64,000 nt of DNA from Octopus vulgaris (GCA_951406725.2 OX597834.1:45632001-45696000); one strand, 5' to 3'. Positions 40,989-55,170 are shown, numbered from the stretch's first letter. Notes: a model not told the origin generated them from the sequence alone. Numbers and translations: made by a program.

Positions 40989-41904
40989 CTGTTCCGTTAA
41001 GGGAGAATCAACAAAACGGTATTCTGTCCCAAAAGAGATTAGTATATAGACGTATTATCGAAAACTTGCGTTTAAAAATACATCTATTCCGTCGTCGCTG
41101 ACGAGGATTTTCGTCTGGTGCTGATATATTTGTGATATTAAACACAATACTTCCATAAGAGGTATTAACACAGTTGATTTCATTGCACATCATGTATTAG
41201 CATTCCAGATGATATAATACAGATGTTACACAGATGGCTAATTTCATTTCATATTGCTAATGTCGCACATACCTGGATATTAATTTACAGTCGTACACAC
41301 ACACACGCACACACACACACACATACACATATATGTGTATGTATAATATTCTACGTAGGTAATATTTATGTGTTTATTGCATGCATATTGATTGCCTGAT
41401 GACAGCCTTCGCTGGAGCTTCACCGAGTTTATCTTCAAGTGTGTTCGGTCTGGAAATGACAGCAATGGAATTTTAAAAACGGCATTAAATACATCAGGTA
41501 GCAATAAAATATAAAAGACAAAATTGAAGACTAATTATAGCTGTACTGCTCAGCTCTCTGTTATCTATGAACAATAGCTGGAACTTTTTTCGGGGAAGAT
41601 CATCACGTTATGATGACATTTTAGCAGCAGCACAAAAAGAAGCGTTGTCTTTCGCATATACAAACGAAGTAGCGCCGAACTATCATTTAAGCAGCATCAC
41701 AGCATGCTAGAAATAGCAGTCAAATTTCTCTTTCCTCCTTTCTCATTCAATCAAATAACTTTCTGCCGTTTCCGAAAGGGGAATGACTAACTGGCGGACT
41801 CTTCTAATTTCTTGCTGAAAACCCTGCACAGATGATTTGTTTATGGTGATTAACTGTTTCTGTTGTTCAATACTCTTTCTTATTCCTTCTATCAAACCGT
41901 CATA

Positions 41905-42072
41905 ATCTGTCCAGGTGCAGTGTTCCACACTTCAGATGTCGAATTAAGCGCAGAGCAATGTGAAAAGTAAATATTTTCCTCGAGAACACAGCGCGTCGCT
42001 CGTTCCGAGAACCGAAACCGAGAACTCGCTATAGTGAATGCAGCATCTTAAACACTGGGCCATGCACCTCCA
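41905..42072 (-). mobile_element. Diverged copy of SINE family E
   Basis: Resembles the head and core of 58708-59039. Confidence 0.6.
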
Positions 42073-42509
42073 CCATGACTAACTATGCATTAGTTAATAT
42101 ACCACTAAAATAGACGCTCAATTGAATTGATTAGGCCAATACAGATCTATATTGCTATTTCTATTGAGAATGTGTTATTAAGCGGTTAATCCGATATCAC
42201 TGATAAAAGGTCAGGTTTGTGTGAAAATAGCCGACATTGCTGTTTCCGCGTTGCTGTTTTCCCTATCTTGAAAATGGTCATGGCTGGAACGCCTTTGATC
42301 ATAGTTCTGCTCGATCAAGGTTGACCTGGAGCTAAATAACAGCAACATCAGCAACAGGAATATGAAGGAAAAGAACAATAGAAACGTGTGATCGATATTA
42401 AAGGAAGCTGGTTGCCGTGTTAAGTTGTTATGCAAATCAATGAGCAACGCTTGTAGAGATGTGACTACAGCAGCGCGCTTATGTAATTGATTCTCTCTGG
42501 TCTGGAGAA

Positions 42510-43560
42510 TGTTGTGCACACACACACACACACACACGCATACGCATACAGAGGCACACACTTATAGACGCACGTACGCACGCATGGACGCTCACAGATA
42601 TATACATACAGAGAAACACATCCGAATTTCGCAAACGCACTCTGATATACATTGGCACACATATACAGACATGCGGGCAAAGCTGCATATTCGTACATTG
42701 CCTCTCTCTCTGTCTCTCTCTCTCACACACATACTCACACACACATACACACACACGCACACAGAGCCACTTGTACATACCTCAATAGAATTCGTTCAAA
42801 CGTTCGTACGCACGTGCACACACAGCACTAGGCGCACACACTCACACATCTGACTAAAACGTACTAACACATAGCTAAACGCACACATGCGCACAGACAT
42901 ACAGGCACGCACGCACACCGGCATATAGAAAGACATACACATATACACATATAAAATAGCTCATACACAAGCACACACGCTCACACGCATGGAAACGGAG
43001 AGACACGTACAATAGCAGACATTCGTGCACACAAGGCTACATACACAGATATACAGCTGAGTTGAACGTATGAAAACCATACACACATAGACACACACAC
43101 AGTCCACATGCACTTACACGCTCATACAATCCATATGCACTATCACACACACACACACACGCACGCACACACACACGCACACACACACACATGTGACACA
43201 TAATCTTGCTCACCCTCACGCACAGGCGTAAAAACGTAGATTACGGCGCACGTGCGATCTCATACACACAATCGCGCGGGCACACACGCACACACACGCA
43301 CACAGACGCATGTACGCACATATACATACATATGCACAAACACATGCGAAACCGGAGAAGCACACATCTGACTTTCGTACACGAAAACTAACATAAAACC
43401 TATACATACACATGCACACATACACGCATACATTCACATACGTATACATTAACACACATGCACACATACGTACACAGGCTCACATATATACATTCTGGCA
43501 CATCCCACTCGCTCACAAATACAATATTACACACACACACTCTCGCACGCATATGTCCAG
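42510..43560. repeat. Degenerate (CA)-rich low-complexity tract, about 1 kb
   Basis: Direct inspection. Confidence 0.85.
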
Positions 43561-44089
43561 CAACAAGGAAGCCATCGAACAAGTTAAGCTATTTTTAATG
43601 GCGCTAACAACGGCTGAATGGAGTGCATTGCGCTGATATCAGGAAATTCCAAGTTCGATTCTGTGATGTTTCAATTTCTATATTCAAATATCTTCTATTA
43701 TAATACTTCAAATATAAAACCAGTAATATATTGTTCGAGGAGTAAGTTGATATACATTAACTCTCAGCACCCGACGGGTACTTTAATTTATGAACCCCGA
43801 AACAATGCTGACGGCGTGTGTTTTAGTGATTAAGGTATTGCAGGCACGATAGTAAACATGAACAAAATGCATGATCTAGATAAATATATTTATAAATAAG
43901 AGTGAACACAAACGTTCTCGCATACAATAATTAAGAAATTAATTCAGCTCCTTTGAATGGATATTCAGAAAAAAAATCCAAGGCCGATGCAGTGGAAGTA
44001 ACAATTAAAAGACCTTATAAGTTAAAAATGGGAACAGTTGCCAATATTTCTAAGTGGATCACGCGAGAATTATGAAGAACCTAGCTATT

Positions 44090-45089
44090 AGCTGTTAAGC
44101 CAACGACTACACAGTGGAGCACTAATTCTCACTATTCGATTCAAGCATATATGTATATAAGAGGGGGACAAAGAGAGATTTGTTGACGAGATCCAGGCGG
44201 CCATTGACATCGATACCTCGAAGTCAATCAGTTCCGTCGCCAGGAGCATGGACGTGTCTGGGTTTCTTAACAGGCAGGTAGTGCATGGAGGCATAGGGTA
44301 TTCCTCATACAAGATGAGAAGGGGCTACATTTTATCCCAAGCACGCAAGGACAAGAGGGAAGACCGCACTATCAGGATTTTGAACCAACTCAAGCATGTC
44401 TCTCAACTGTATATGATTTGATTTTTTCCTCGGACGAGAAAAATTTCTGCCAGTATTAGAGGGTGCACCCATAAAACAACCGTTGCCCTGCCGTGTCCCC
44501 AAAACGTGTACCGAGAATGACGAAAATCAAATATCCATTCAGCATCCTGTTTAGAGTAATCACAAGTCATGGCGGCGTTATGCCTCCATGCTTCTTCCCA
44601 CAAGGCCTCAGACTCAACATGGAGGTCTACATCACTTGCCTGGATGAGATATTGCTGCCCTGGGTCAAGAGGGTGGCTACTAGAAGACCCTATGCCCGGC
44701 AATATAACTCTTCTCCATGCCACCCAAGCAGGAGAACTCAGTGATGGCTGTCAAAACATTTCTACGACCACACCAGCTCTAACATCCGGCCATCTAACTC
44801 CCTAGACTGCAAACCCTTGGTAATTGTGGGTGGAGCGTAGTTGAGCGAAAGACTAAAAAAACTCCTTGTAACACCAAATGTGAACAGAAGGCAAGGATTA
44901 TGGCAGCATTCACCAACTTAAACGAGGAGACCATCAAGAACAGCTGCAAAAGATCCCAAAGTCGTCTGGAGTCCATGGTTTTTCCAGATACTTTTAATAT
45001 TTTTAAGTAGTTTTATTAAACATGTGTTAAAAGATGTCAGTGTCATTCTAATTTTTGCGTAATTTAGACAATAATTTATTCCTCGCACA

Positions 45090-45094
<5 letters not shown>
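44090..45094 (+). mobile_element. maT/Tc1-like (DD37D-type) transposon remnant
   Basis: SYKMRRG, FSSDEKNF, NNR, GGVMPPCFFPQGLRLN..VY...L...LLPW, PCHPSRRTQ*WL, SNSLDCKPL; right end ...cctcgcacactgta. Confidence 0.85.
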
Positions 45095-45130
<36 letters not shown>

Positions 45131-45173
45131 GGTGCCCCAGCATGGCCACAGCTCGTGAGCTGAAACTAGATAA

Positions 45174-45276
<103 letters not shown>

Positions 45277-45371
45277 GAGGGAGAGAGAGTGCACAAATAC
45301 ACACGTACACACGTAGAGAAAAAATTAGCGATAACGAGAACAAGGCACAAATAGGAAAACTAGAAAAGTAC

Positions 45372-45407
<36 letters not shown>

Positions 45408-45867
45408 CAATGTGCGAGCAAATTAGAAGAAGAGGAAGAGGAAGAAGAAGAAGAAGAAGAAGAAGAAGAAGAAGAAGAAGAAGAAGATGATAAAAAGAAG
45501 AAGAACAAGAACAAGAATGATGACAGTGACGATGATAACAACGTCGACGAAGGCGATGAGGATGTTAACGATGATAGAATGAGAGAGAAGAAGAGAGAGA
45601 CCATTGCAACGGTGTTGTGCAATTACAGTCGGCAAGTTTCAAGACAAAGATTATAAAGACATTCGCATTCGTTCGTTTTTCATCCGTCTCACACATCGCG
45701 CGAGCGCCTTTCATCTCATGTTTTCTCATTACTTTCAATGACTGTCGCCATGGCCACGACCAGAGAGAGTTTTTGATGTGGGAAAATGGAGTTAATCTCG
45801 TTCACGAAAAAACAACTCTCCTCCACATGCATTCCCTCACGAACGATTTTGTAGTGAAACGATATAT

Positions 45868-45898
<31 letters not shown>

Positions 45899-45993
45899 TA
45901 TATATGTACAGACATACATATATACAAATACACACACTTACATTATATATTTAACAATACACATACATATACATATGCTTACATATATACACG

Positions 45994-46029
<36 letters not shown>

Positions 46030-46075
46030 CTACATACATACATACATATATATACATACATACATATATATATTT

Positions 46076-46150
<75 letters not shown>

Positions 46151-46278
46151 TACATAGCCAGCCAGCTATAACAAATGCTTGAAATAACCAGAATTTTACA
46201 AATATAAACAATTAACACGGTGCTCCGTTATTATTATTATCTTTATTATTATCAACATCATCATCATTATTACTATTA

Positions 46279-46345
<67 letters not shown>

Positions 46346-46351
46346 CATTAT

Positions 46352-46820
46352 TGAGTGAGAGAGCAGTACATGTCATCAAAGTGGCAATGGGGTAAAATAT
46401 ACGAAGCCCAGTATACCCATCATGACTACCCGGCTGATAAGGGTACACCAGGCACTTGCATCACAACCATATGTGCGCGACATTGTGATCTCATATCAAG
46501 ATAAACAGTGCATGACCTTGCAGGTGGCGCCCAGTTAGAATTTTCTTCTGGTTGAGTAGCCCATCCCGCTCAAAAAGGTCCCTGAATAAGGGTTGTTTAA
46601 GGATGTTGAACGAACCACCCATGTTTCCAAAGGTGAATTATCCAAACCTCCAAGATTTGCTTTCAACACATGGCTATGATGCTCTCCCACTACTTCTGCT
46701 TGTGATCAGAGATGCACATATCATCAGCCATTAAGGGACATGCTCAACTGGTTAAGGTCAAACAAATGACAAGGATATCTGTGGTATTGGGCAGAATATT
46801 TGCTATAGCCCATCTTTTAG
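46352..46820 (-). mobile_element. Unclassified retroposon family D with (AAT)n tail
   Basis: Homologue of 9913-10320. Confidence 0.7.
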
Positions 46821-47017
46821 CTCTGATGTTGTGACTTTATTTGGCTTTTCTGACCAATTTACCTTTCCTCATCATATCTGATGACATGGTGGACAACATT
46901 TCTGACTGTTCCTTCTGAGACATGGAGATCTTTTGCGTTGACCGCATAGAGAGTTGAACTTGCTGGATAAATTCGGACGCATCACCACGCATCCTTTCCA
47001 CAAGAAGCGAAAGAGAC

Positions 47018-47086
<69 letters not shown>

Positions 47087-47127
47087 CATACATACATACA
47101 TACATACATACATACATAGATAGATCA

Positions 47128-47272
<145 letters not shown>

Positions 47273-47518
47273 GAGAGAGATGGATAGATAGATCGATAGA
47301 TAGATAGATTGAAATCTTTCGTACCCTGATGTATCTGTCAACAGCGGCTTTTCGGTTTGCTCGTATTTTTTCTTTAATGAGGAAATATTTACCAAAGATA
47401 ATGGAGGGTCACACATCTCCTGATACGCACAGACACGTGCACACTTACACAAACGTATACACATACACAAGTATATCTACATACATATATATATACTCAT
47501 ATCTATATACTTACTTAC

Positions 47519-47550
<32 letters not shown>

Positions 47551-47621
47551 ATATCGTTTGGGGATTTGGTTTGCAAGATTCTTTATATAAGTTCTTTATA
47601 TGTCTCTCCCCAGACACAACA

Positions 47622-47660
<39 letters not shown>

Positions 47661-47663
47661 CAT

Positions 47664-47698
<35 letters not shown>

Positions 47699-47709
47699 AT
47701 ATACACATG

Positions 47710-47754
<45 letters not shown>

Positions 47755-47889
47755 TGCGAGTTTATTTGTGTACGCTTGTATATGTGAGTGAAAAATTTTG
47801 TTTCCGTAGAGATATTATCATACATTCCTACCTAATTGCTTTTCTTAACTATTTTCCATTTGAGAGCAGGTGTTTAGTAACCATGTACA

Positions 47890-48905
47890 CTTTCTTATCA
47901 CACCGTAAGCGTCTCGAGAGAGCGTAGTCCTAGGTACATACGTTGTCTAATCAAAAATGCTAAGCTAATCACAAATACTTTCATTACCCGAGACGCACAC
48001 ACTGTCTACTCAAAACTACTAAGCGTAACTCAAACTATAAAGGCGTAGGCTCAGCCACATATTTTATGTTCAAAAATGTAAAGCTTATACTCTTTTACTC
48101 TTTTATTTGCTTCAGTTATTTGACTGCGGTCATGCTGGAGCACCGCCTCTAGTGGAGCAAATCGACCCCAGGACTTATTCTTTGGAAGCCTAGTACTAAT
48201 TCAATCGGTTTCTTTTGCCGAACCGCTAAGTTACGGCAACGTAAACACACCAGCGATGTTGGTGTGACAAACACAGGCACGCAAACATATACACAGTCAT
48301 ACATATATAAACATATATACGACTGGCTTCTTTCAGTTTCCATCTACCAAATCCACTCACAAGGCTTTGGTTGGTCCGAGGCTATAGTAGAAGTCACCTG
48401 CTCAAGGTGCCATGCAGTGGAACTGAACCCGGAACCATGTGGTTGGTAAGCAAGCTACTTACCACTCAGCCACTCCTACGCCTTATCACAATTGTTTGTA
48501 TAGTTCTAGAATCTCATTGTCAAATCAGGTATGTTAAGCTTATCACAACTTCTTAGCATCGTCCGAAATGTATACAGTTTCTAATTAAAAATGTTTATCA
48601 CAGATCCTTTCCCTCCCACACCCCCATTATCCGATGAAAAATAAAAACAACACGAATTTTTACCTAAACATAAATGCACACACTCTTGAAGAAATATGGT
48701 AAGTGTATCACAAATTCTTTGCGTAGTCCTAGACACTCATCGTTTGATCAGAAATGCTAAGATAACCACAAATTCATTGCGAAGTCGTACGCACGCACTC
48801 TCTGATCAAAAACGGTAAACTTGCCAAAAATGCATTGCGTAGTTCTAGACAAACATTGCCTGATCAAAGAATGGTGCACTGAGCCAATCACAAATTCTTT
48901 CACAA
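47890..48905. repeat. Highly diverged 58-bp tandem array interrupted by a SINE
   Basis: Recurrent aatgctaag..atcacaaattc.ttgcgtagtc; gcg anchors at 48721, 48779 and 48837 (58-bp period). Confidence 0.7.
48088..48483 (-). mobile_element. SINE family C, complete
   Basis: Head aggcgtaggagtggctgagtggtaag..ggttccgggttcagttcc; tail with aaaagagt repeats. Confidence 0.9.
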
Positions 48906-49034
48906 CATTTCTTATGCGTCATGTTACTGACTACCCTTGAATACTCTCACTTTCTACTTCAGAAATACACTGAACATATAAACCAGTATAAACCTGTCAA
49001 TTGCTACCAACGACGCTATTCTTTACTTCTTCCA

Positions 49035-49170
49035 ATATAAAATAGAATGGCGCAGATTTGTCATTCTACTCAATGGCGTTTGTCTTGGGGGTCTCGGGAA
49101 AATGTCTCCGACAATAATCCCGGACCAAGTAAATCCTTGTAGGCGGATTTGGAAGATGGAAAAGGCCGCA

Positions 49171-49241
<71 letters not shown>

Positions 49242-49440
49242 AGAGTGTGTGTGTGTGGGAGAGAGAGAGAGAGAGAATGCGTGTGTTTGTTTATTTGTCC
49301 CCACTTTCGCTTGACAATTGGCGTTATTTTGTTTATACGTAGTCGTGCCGTCGTAGCTTAACCTCGGTAAAACAAACCGATTTGATAACAACAAAGCTTC
49401 AAAAGTCAGTACCTGTATCGATTTGATTGAATAAACATTT
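49035..49440 (+). mobile_element. Diverged SINE family C
   Basis: Two halves around (TA)n(TG)n(GA)n. Confidence 0.6.
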
Positions 49441-50734
49441 TATTGAATAAACATGTGCGAGTCGAGTCCAGGGGAAGAGGTAAACCCCATAACCGTTACA
49501 GGTCTTCTGAGATTGGTGAGAATGATGGCGGTAATCCATACATTCAAATTGAGTCCACGTCTTCAGACGAAAATGTAAGTCGAGAAGAGATTCCGGAGCG
49601 ACAATGTCTTATGTTTGAAGAATTATATGTAATGGTTACTACCTTGCTCAACCCCGTCGATAATTTCCTTCACAGGAAATGGAAATCGGAGAAATATATT
49701 CAATATGTTTAAACTGTCCATCCATCTTCTTCCCCTATTCCCGGTGTGATCTTGGTAGCAGAGTCCTTGCATACACATTGTCTATAGGGTCCTGTCATAA
49801 GCAACCGGTATTACACTTTCCCTATCAATACCTAGAGCGTTGCAAACTGAATCTATAGATATTATCCTCTTCACCTTGTTCTTTGTCTGCACTCGGTCAC
49901 CGCATTAAGAGCTCACAATTCCGACACTACAGACGTTTGACGATAAAGTCGCAGGAAAGTATCGCAAGAGGAATTCTTCAGTGTGAATGATTCTAATCGA
50001 CAAAATGCTAATGATATTTGGTGAAACCTGTCATTTGATCAACATGTTCGCTAAAAATAAATAATAGATATTTTTGAAAACAAATTTACGAAACAAAAAT
50101 AATCCCATCGGTAAAAAAAATTTTAAAATAAATACACAGAAACCCCAGCCACAACCATCTTAACCAACTCTCACCAAAAATATTTTTGTTAAATGTTTCG
50201 TAAATTTTACAATGAAAGGGTAATATGGAAATGCTGTTGGCCAGATCGGAAAGTATATGTTTCTAAACTGTTAATTAGAAAATTGACTTTTAATTAACTG
50301 TAGTGTAGAAATCATGTGTAGGTTTGTAATTAAAACAGGCGTAATTGTATGCACACTGAAAGAGTTTGGCTTTGATTATAATTTAGGCGAATCAATTAAG
50401 AACCCTACAGAGGGATTGAAATTTGTTAATTCCGATAATGTATAATAGGAGCACACACACAAAACCACAAACTCACAAATACCAAACTTTGTTCACGGTC
50501 ACGCACACGTTTGTGTGTGTGCATGTGTATAGGGGTGTATCATATTATTAAATTACATTGAACAGGCATTGAGTACTAACCTTTATAAACCATACACGGG
50601 TTTCCCTAAAGAAAATATCACCAGGATCGCAAAATTGCTTCTGAAACATCGAATGATCTTGTTTAACACTTCTTTAGTGATCAGCAAAAAGTACAATAAC
50701 GGCGGGTTATACCCAGTGCATGTTTCCATTATGG

Positions 50735-50799
<65 letters not shown>

Positions 50800-50803
<4 letters not shown>

Positions 50804-51023
50804 GATTCGCTAGCCTCTGCACGCAGTTTTTTTCTCTCCTTGTTTCTCTCCGTGTTTCTATTCTGTGTATCTTTCTGTTGAAGAGCGTAGGCTCGAAACG
50901 GAAAAGACTTGTTTAATATATATTCCTGAGCGCCATACTAATACAATTGTTTGTTTGTATTCCACCTGCCTTCGTCTTTTGTTTATTTTCATAAAGCTTC
51001 CCGTTATATATATAAAGCTTCCC

Positions 51024-51025
<2 letters not shown>
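50800..51025 (+). mobile_element. Short Penelope pseudo-LTR-like element with variant minimal hammerhead (50870-50907)
   Basis: tcttt-CTGTTGA-a-gagc(gtag)gctc-GAAA-cg-ga-aaaga; flanked by (TA)n on both sides. Confidence 0.6.
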
Positions 51026-51060
<35 letters not shown>

Positions 51061-51161
51061 TGTGTGCGTGTGTATATATATATATAAATAAATATGAAAG
51101 AAAGTACAAAAATAAAATTCACGTATTAAATATTTATTTATTACATTATAATATAATTAAA

Positions 51162-51421
51162 TTATACTATAATGTAATATAACAAATAACTAAAACAAAT
51201 ACAAATCCAATAATTTGTTTCGACTCGTATCCACAAGTGAATTTATAAAAATTCACGTTTATGCATATGAGTCTCCTCAGGGTAATATGCATATGAGGAG
51301 ACTCATATGCATAAATGTGAATGTGCACGAATTCACCAGTGGATGCGAGTCGAATGACATTGTTGGATTGACATTTGTTTTAATTATTTGTTATATTGCA
51401 TTATGTCTTTTTATAGTATAA
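51162..51421. repeat. Fold-back/MITE-like imperfect palindrome
   Basis: Perfect 22-bp inner stem 51258-51279/51294-51315; imperfect pairing extends about 120 bp per arm. Confidence 0.8.
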
Positions 51422-53011
51422 CTCTATTATATTCTAATGCAAACAAATGTTTACCATGTCAAATGTATTTCTTTATTTCCTTTCATATTCGTATATTGTA
51501 AATATAACATTTTATTTGTGGTATATAATTTAAGAACCAGTCAACCAGTCAAAATTGGATGTTTTCCATTCCTCTGAAAAAAATGTTTTACTTCTTGGTT
51601 TGATATATATATATATATATGTATATATATAGGACATCACCTCTAACTGGTTTATTCAGTGTGGATGTATTACTCGATGTTTATTGCAAGCGGGAAATAA
51701 CGGCTACCTTAACTCCAAGACCACCAGACCACGTGATTTCGATCTGCGTTAGATCTCCTCGTTGGCAAGTACTCGTCGCCAGGCATAGCAACGGACTACC
51801 TCGCTTGCAATAGATAGAAAACACACTGATTTTGTAAGTAGGAAAATCGTCTGTTAGAGAACCTCTGTTCGAAATAGAAATAATGAACGGACCAAAATTT
51901 ATTGCTTATGGCTGTTTTAATGTAGCTATCCTCTAACAGACGACGATACTCCCATTTGATCCCAGCCATCCACTGTATATTTAAAAGAAAGCTATTTTTA
52001 TAATTAAATATTGTTAGGAATAGTAAGAAAAAAATTTAAATACTTTGACCATAGTGGAAGTATAAGCAATTTATTGCACGTAAATTTTAACTACAAAATC
52101 TTATCACGGAGGTGTGAGTTCGAGTTTTATAGCCGGCTGCCAACACTTTTTTCTGCAAAATAGGGGTAGTTTATCCTGTTCAGGGTATATTATTGGCATT
52201 ATCATGCGCTTGGGAATTTAAAATTACTTCTTTACCTTTCTAAGACATTTCAGCGCTTCTAAAGCAAGCTTCGTTTTACGTTCATCGTAATATGGACTAT
52301 TACGGGCCATGTGGACACCGTTTCAGAACAACTGGTCTACAATCTTAAGTACAATTTTCATGGGAGATGCAAAAGCGGTCGGTTCACATACTGGAACTAA
52401 CAACAACATTTCTTTCAGGTTCCGAACTCTATCTGCATGTATATAACTTTCATGGTAATGATGTTCGGTACGACTATGCGATTGCGGACATGCTAGAAAT
52501 AACGACAACATCTCCTTTTATAATCTAGGTCTATAGTCTTGAATACGGAAAGGATATGTCCGATATAGAGAGTCATGTTTCAATAAACAACTTATCTATC
52601 AAATGCTGGACTGGAGCTATACGCATTTCTATTCGCATTTATACACATCTACATACGTTTCTATATACGCAACTATATATGCTCTATACGCAACTATATA
52701 CGCAACTATACGCTCGTCTGCAAAGTGTGAACTTGTGTATATATTAGAAGTGAAATAGCTTCACGAGAATACGTGAACGGTACATTGCGTCAGAGAATAT
52801 ATCGATTGAACGAAAGATATATGTAGTTATTCTTAATCTATTTTGACATTGAATGGATTAGAGACCAATCAAACGACGAATTTAAACGAGCGTTCGGTAT
52901 TCATTAAAGTGATAAAGTTTACCTTAACGACATAGCGATATCCCAGCTAAAACATTTCACAAAGTTGGACTTACTCAGTAAACCATTAGACTTATTATTC
53001 TATTCTATAGT

Positions 53012-53269
53012 AAGGCGGTTATCTGGCAGAAACGTTAGCACGCCCGGCAAGATGCTTAGCAATATTTCGTCTGCCGTTACGTTCTGGGTTCAAATTCCGC
53101 CGAGGTCGACTTTGCCTTTCATCCTTTCGGATAAAATAAGTACTAGTTACGCACTGGGGTCGATATAATCGACTTAATCCGTTAGTTTGTCCTTGTTTGT
53201 CCTCTCTGTGTTTAGCCCCTTGTGGGTAGTAAAGAAATAGGTATTTCGTCTGTGGCTACGTTCTGAGTT

Positions 53270-53274
<5 letters not shown>
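53012..53274 (+). mobile_element. SINE family A (monomer plus start of second monomer)
   Basis: Head, core, tail, then ggtatttcgtctg...gagttcaaat truncated at (TA)n. Confidence 0.88.
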
Positions 53275-53308
<34 letters not shown>

Positions 53309-53576
53309 AAGGGACAAGAACGCAAAACATCCGGACAACTAGGTAATACAGAAAGGGGACAACAAAACATCCAGAAAGACGATACAAAGAAAACAAGGAC
53401 GGGTCATGCGAAGTTTTCTATCTTCTGTCAAGAACCAGATCATCCTCGTACTTTCGGCTGAGTATTCTTGATATTGCTCCAATCTGGTCAGCCGCAAAGA
53501 AAAACTAAGCTAAGACCACTAGATTCCTTGGAAGAAAGCAGCGAATGTTTAGAAAAACAAGGACGGAAAGAATAAA

Positions 53577-53614
<38 letters not shown>

Positions 53615-53816
53615 TAGGTATCAGTTAGAGGGGTTTAATACATCTCAGAAATAATTAAATCCAGAGTCGCTCCTAACTATTAGCTGGGTAGGCACAGTCT
53701 TTTGTAAGGTTGTACGGAAGCAGGTGGTTCGGTTAGTAAACCGGAATTTAGGATATATAAGAGAAGAAAATGGATATAATAACGTATTATATCCATTTTC
53801 TTCTCCTACACACACA

Positions 53817-53889
<73 letters not shown>

Positions 53890-53982
53890 TTGAATATTAA
53901 AAATTGAATGGTAAATTGATTAATATCAATTTAAAACCAGTGGTCTAGCATATTGAAGAATCTGATGTTCCAGTAAAAATGT

Positions 53983-54164
53983 TATTACATACATATAAGA
54001 GTCATGACCTGTAAGTGGACATCCATCATGCTAGAAGAAGATCTGCTATGGCCTTACCACTAAGAATGGAGAACATTCCTTTCTTAGTGGTAAGACCATA
54101 GCGGAGCTTCTTCTAGCATAGTGGGTGTCCAATTACAGGTCATCCCTCTTATATGTATGTAATA
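53983..54164. repeat. Imperfect palindrome, arms about 84 bp
   Basis: tattacatacatataagag..ccactaagaa / ttcttagtgg..ctcttatatgtatgtaata. Confidence 0.85.
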
Positions 54165-54229
54165 TATATACATAATTTTGGAAACGTTTTTAGTCTTGAG
54201 ATTATTGCACCTCTTCAAAAGTGGAACTG

Positions 54230-54545
54230 GTTTTAATTGCTATTTGGAGAGCTCATGTAATCAACGAGAAGCTTTATAAAGATCTACCCAAAGTAACTGG
54301 AAAAGGGATTCAGCAGAGATAAATGAGGATTAAATGGTCATTGAGTGAGGCACCCAAAAGAGCATGAGTGTCACTAGTCTTACGGCAGTCATTTGAAGGA
54401 AGAATCAAAAGGGAAAGACAACGTCTAATCTCTGTGGACAACTTGCTTCAAGACAATGGAATGGCATATTTTGAAGAATTAAGGACATGAATGGGGGACC
54501 GCGATGGATAGCATCCTCCCGTGAAATCTCTGAAGTGCCAAACTA
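54230..54545 (+). mobile_element. RTE/RTEX-clade LINE ORF2 C-terminal fragment
   Basis: WRAHVINEKLYKDLPKVT..IQQR*MR..GH*VRHP..EGRIKRERQRLISVDNLLQDNG..LRT*MGDRDG. Confidence 0.75.
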
Positions 54546-55021
54546 AACTAAAACTTGTAATTATAATAAATCATCGAGAGGCTGAGAGAGTTTAGATAAA
54601 ACAATATCTTATGTTGTATGGTATTCGATACACCTGCATACAAATGCAACTGGCCACTCTTAGTTACTTTGTTCATTTTTGGCTAATACTTGTATGAGTT
54701 GTTACATACGAATATGGGTTCTAAAACATGGCATATAATTGAAATTAATTATACAATAAAATAACCTTCTCCTTTTGCTGTCTATTATTTCGAAATAGAT
54801 GGGGAGGTGGGTTGTAAAACACCCTTCGATGAAAGAACTTCGATAGGTTAAGTATCACTTGTTCATACCAATCTTCTCGCCCAACTTCCGTATGAAACAG
54901 TGTCATCACATCATAGACTGCTGTTATTGATATTAGAGTGAAATCAAATTACATGGTGACTGAATATATTTAATACATTCCATACCATATACTTTATAAT
55001 GAGTTTATACTCTTAGAATTT

Positions 55022-55093
<72 letters not shown>

Positions 55094-55170
55094 TTATATA
55101 TATACATATATATAATATATATATATAGATAGATATATATATACATATATATGTGCATATATATAGATAC

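Noticed and set aside
41743-41928. 61-aa coiled-coil-looking ORF
   Set aside because: Starts inside a SINE remnant; no supporting homology or exon structure
46837-47015. Charged ORF segment [15 protein letters not shown]...
   Set aside because: Bounded by a microsatellite and a retroposon; more likely a LINE remnant, and the family cannot be assigned
47890-48905. CRISPR-like periodic array
   Set aside because: Eukaryotic context, no cas genes, no identical repeats; whole units are homologous rather than repeat plus unique spacer
49710-49920. Possible RTE 3' remnant on the minus strand
   Set aside because: Only faint RQRTR/AYDR motifs; too degraded to list as a supported feature
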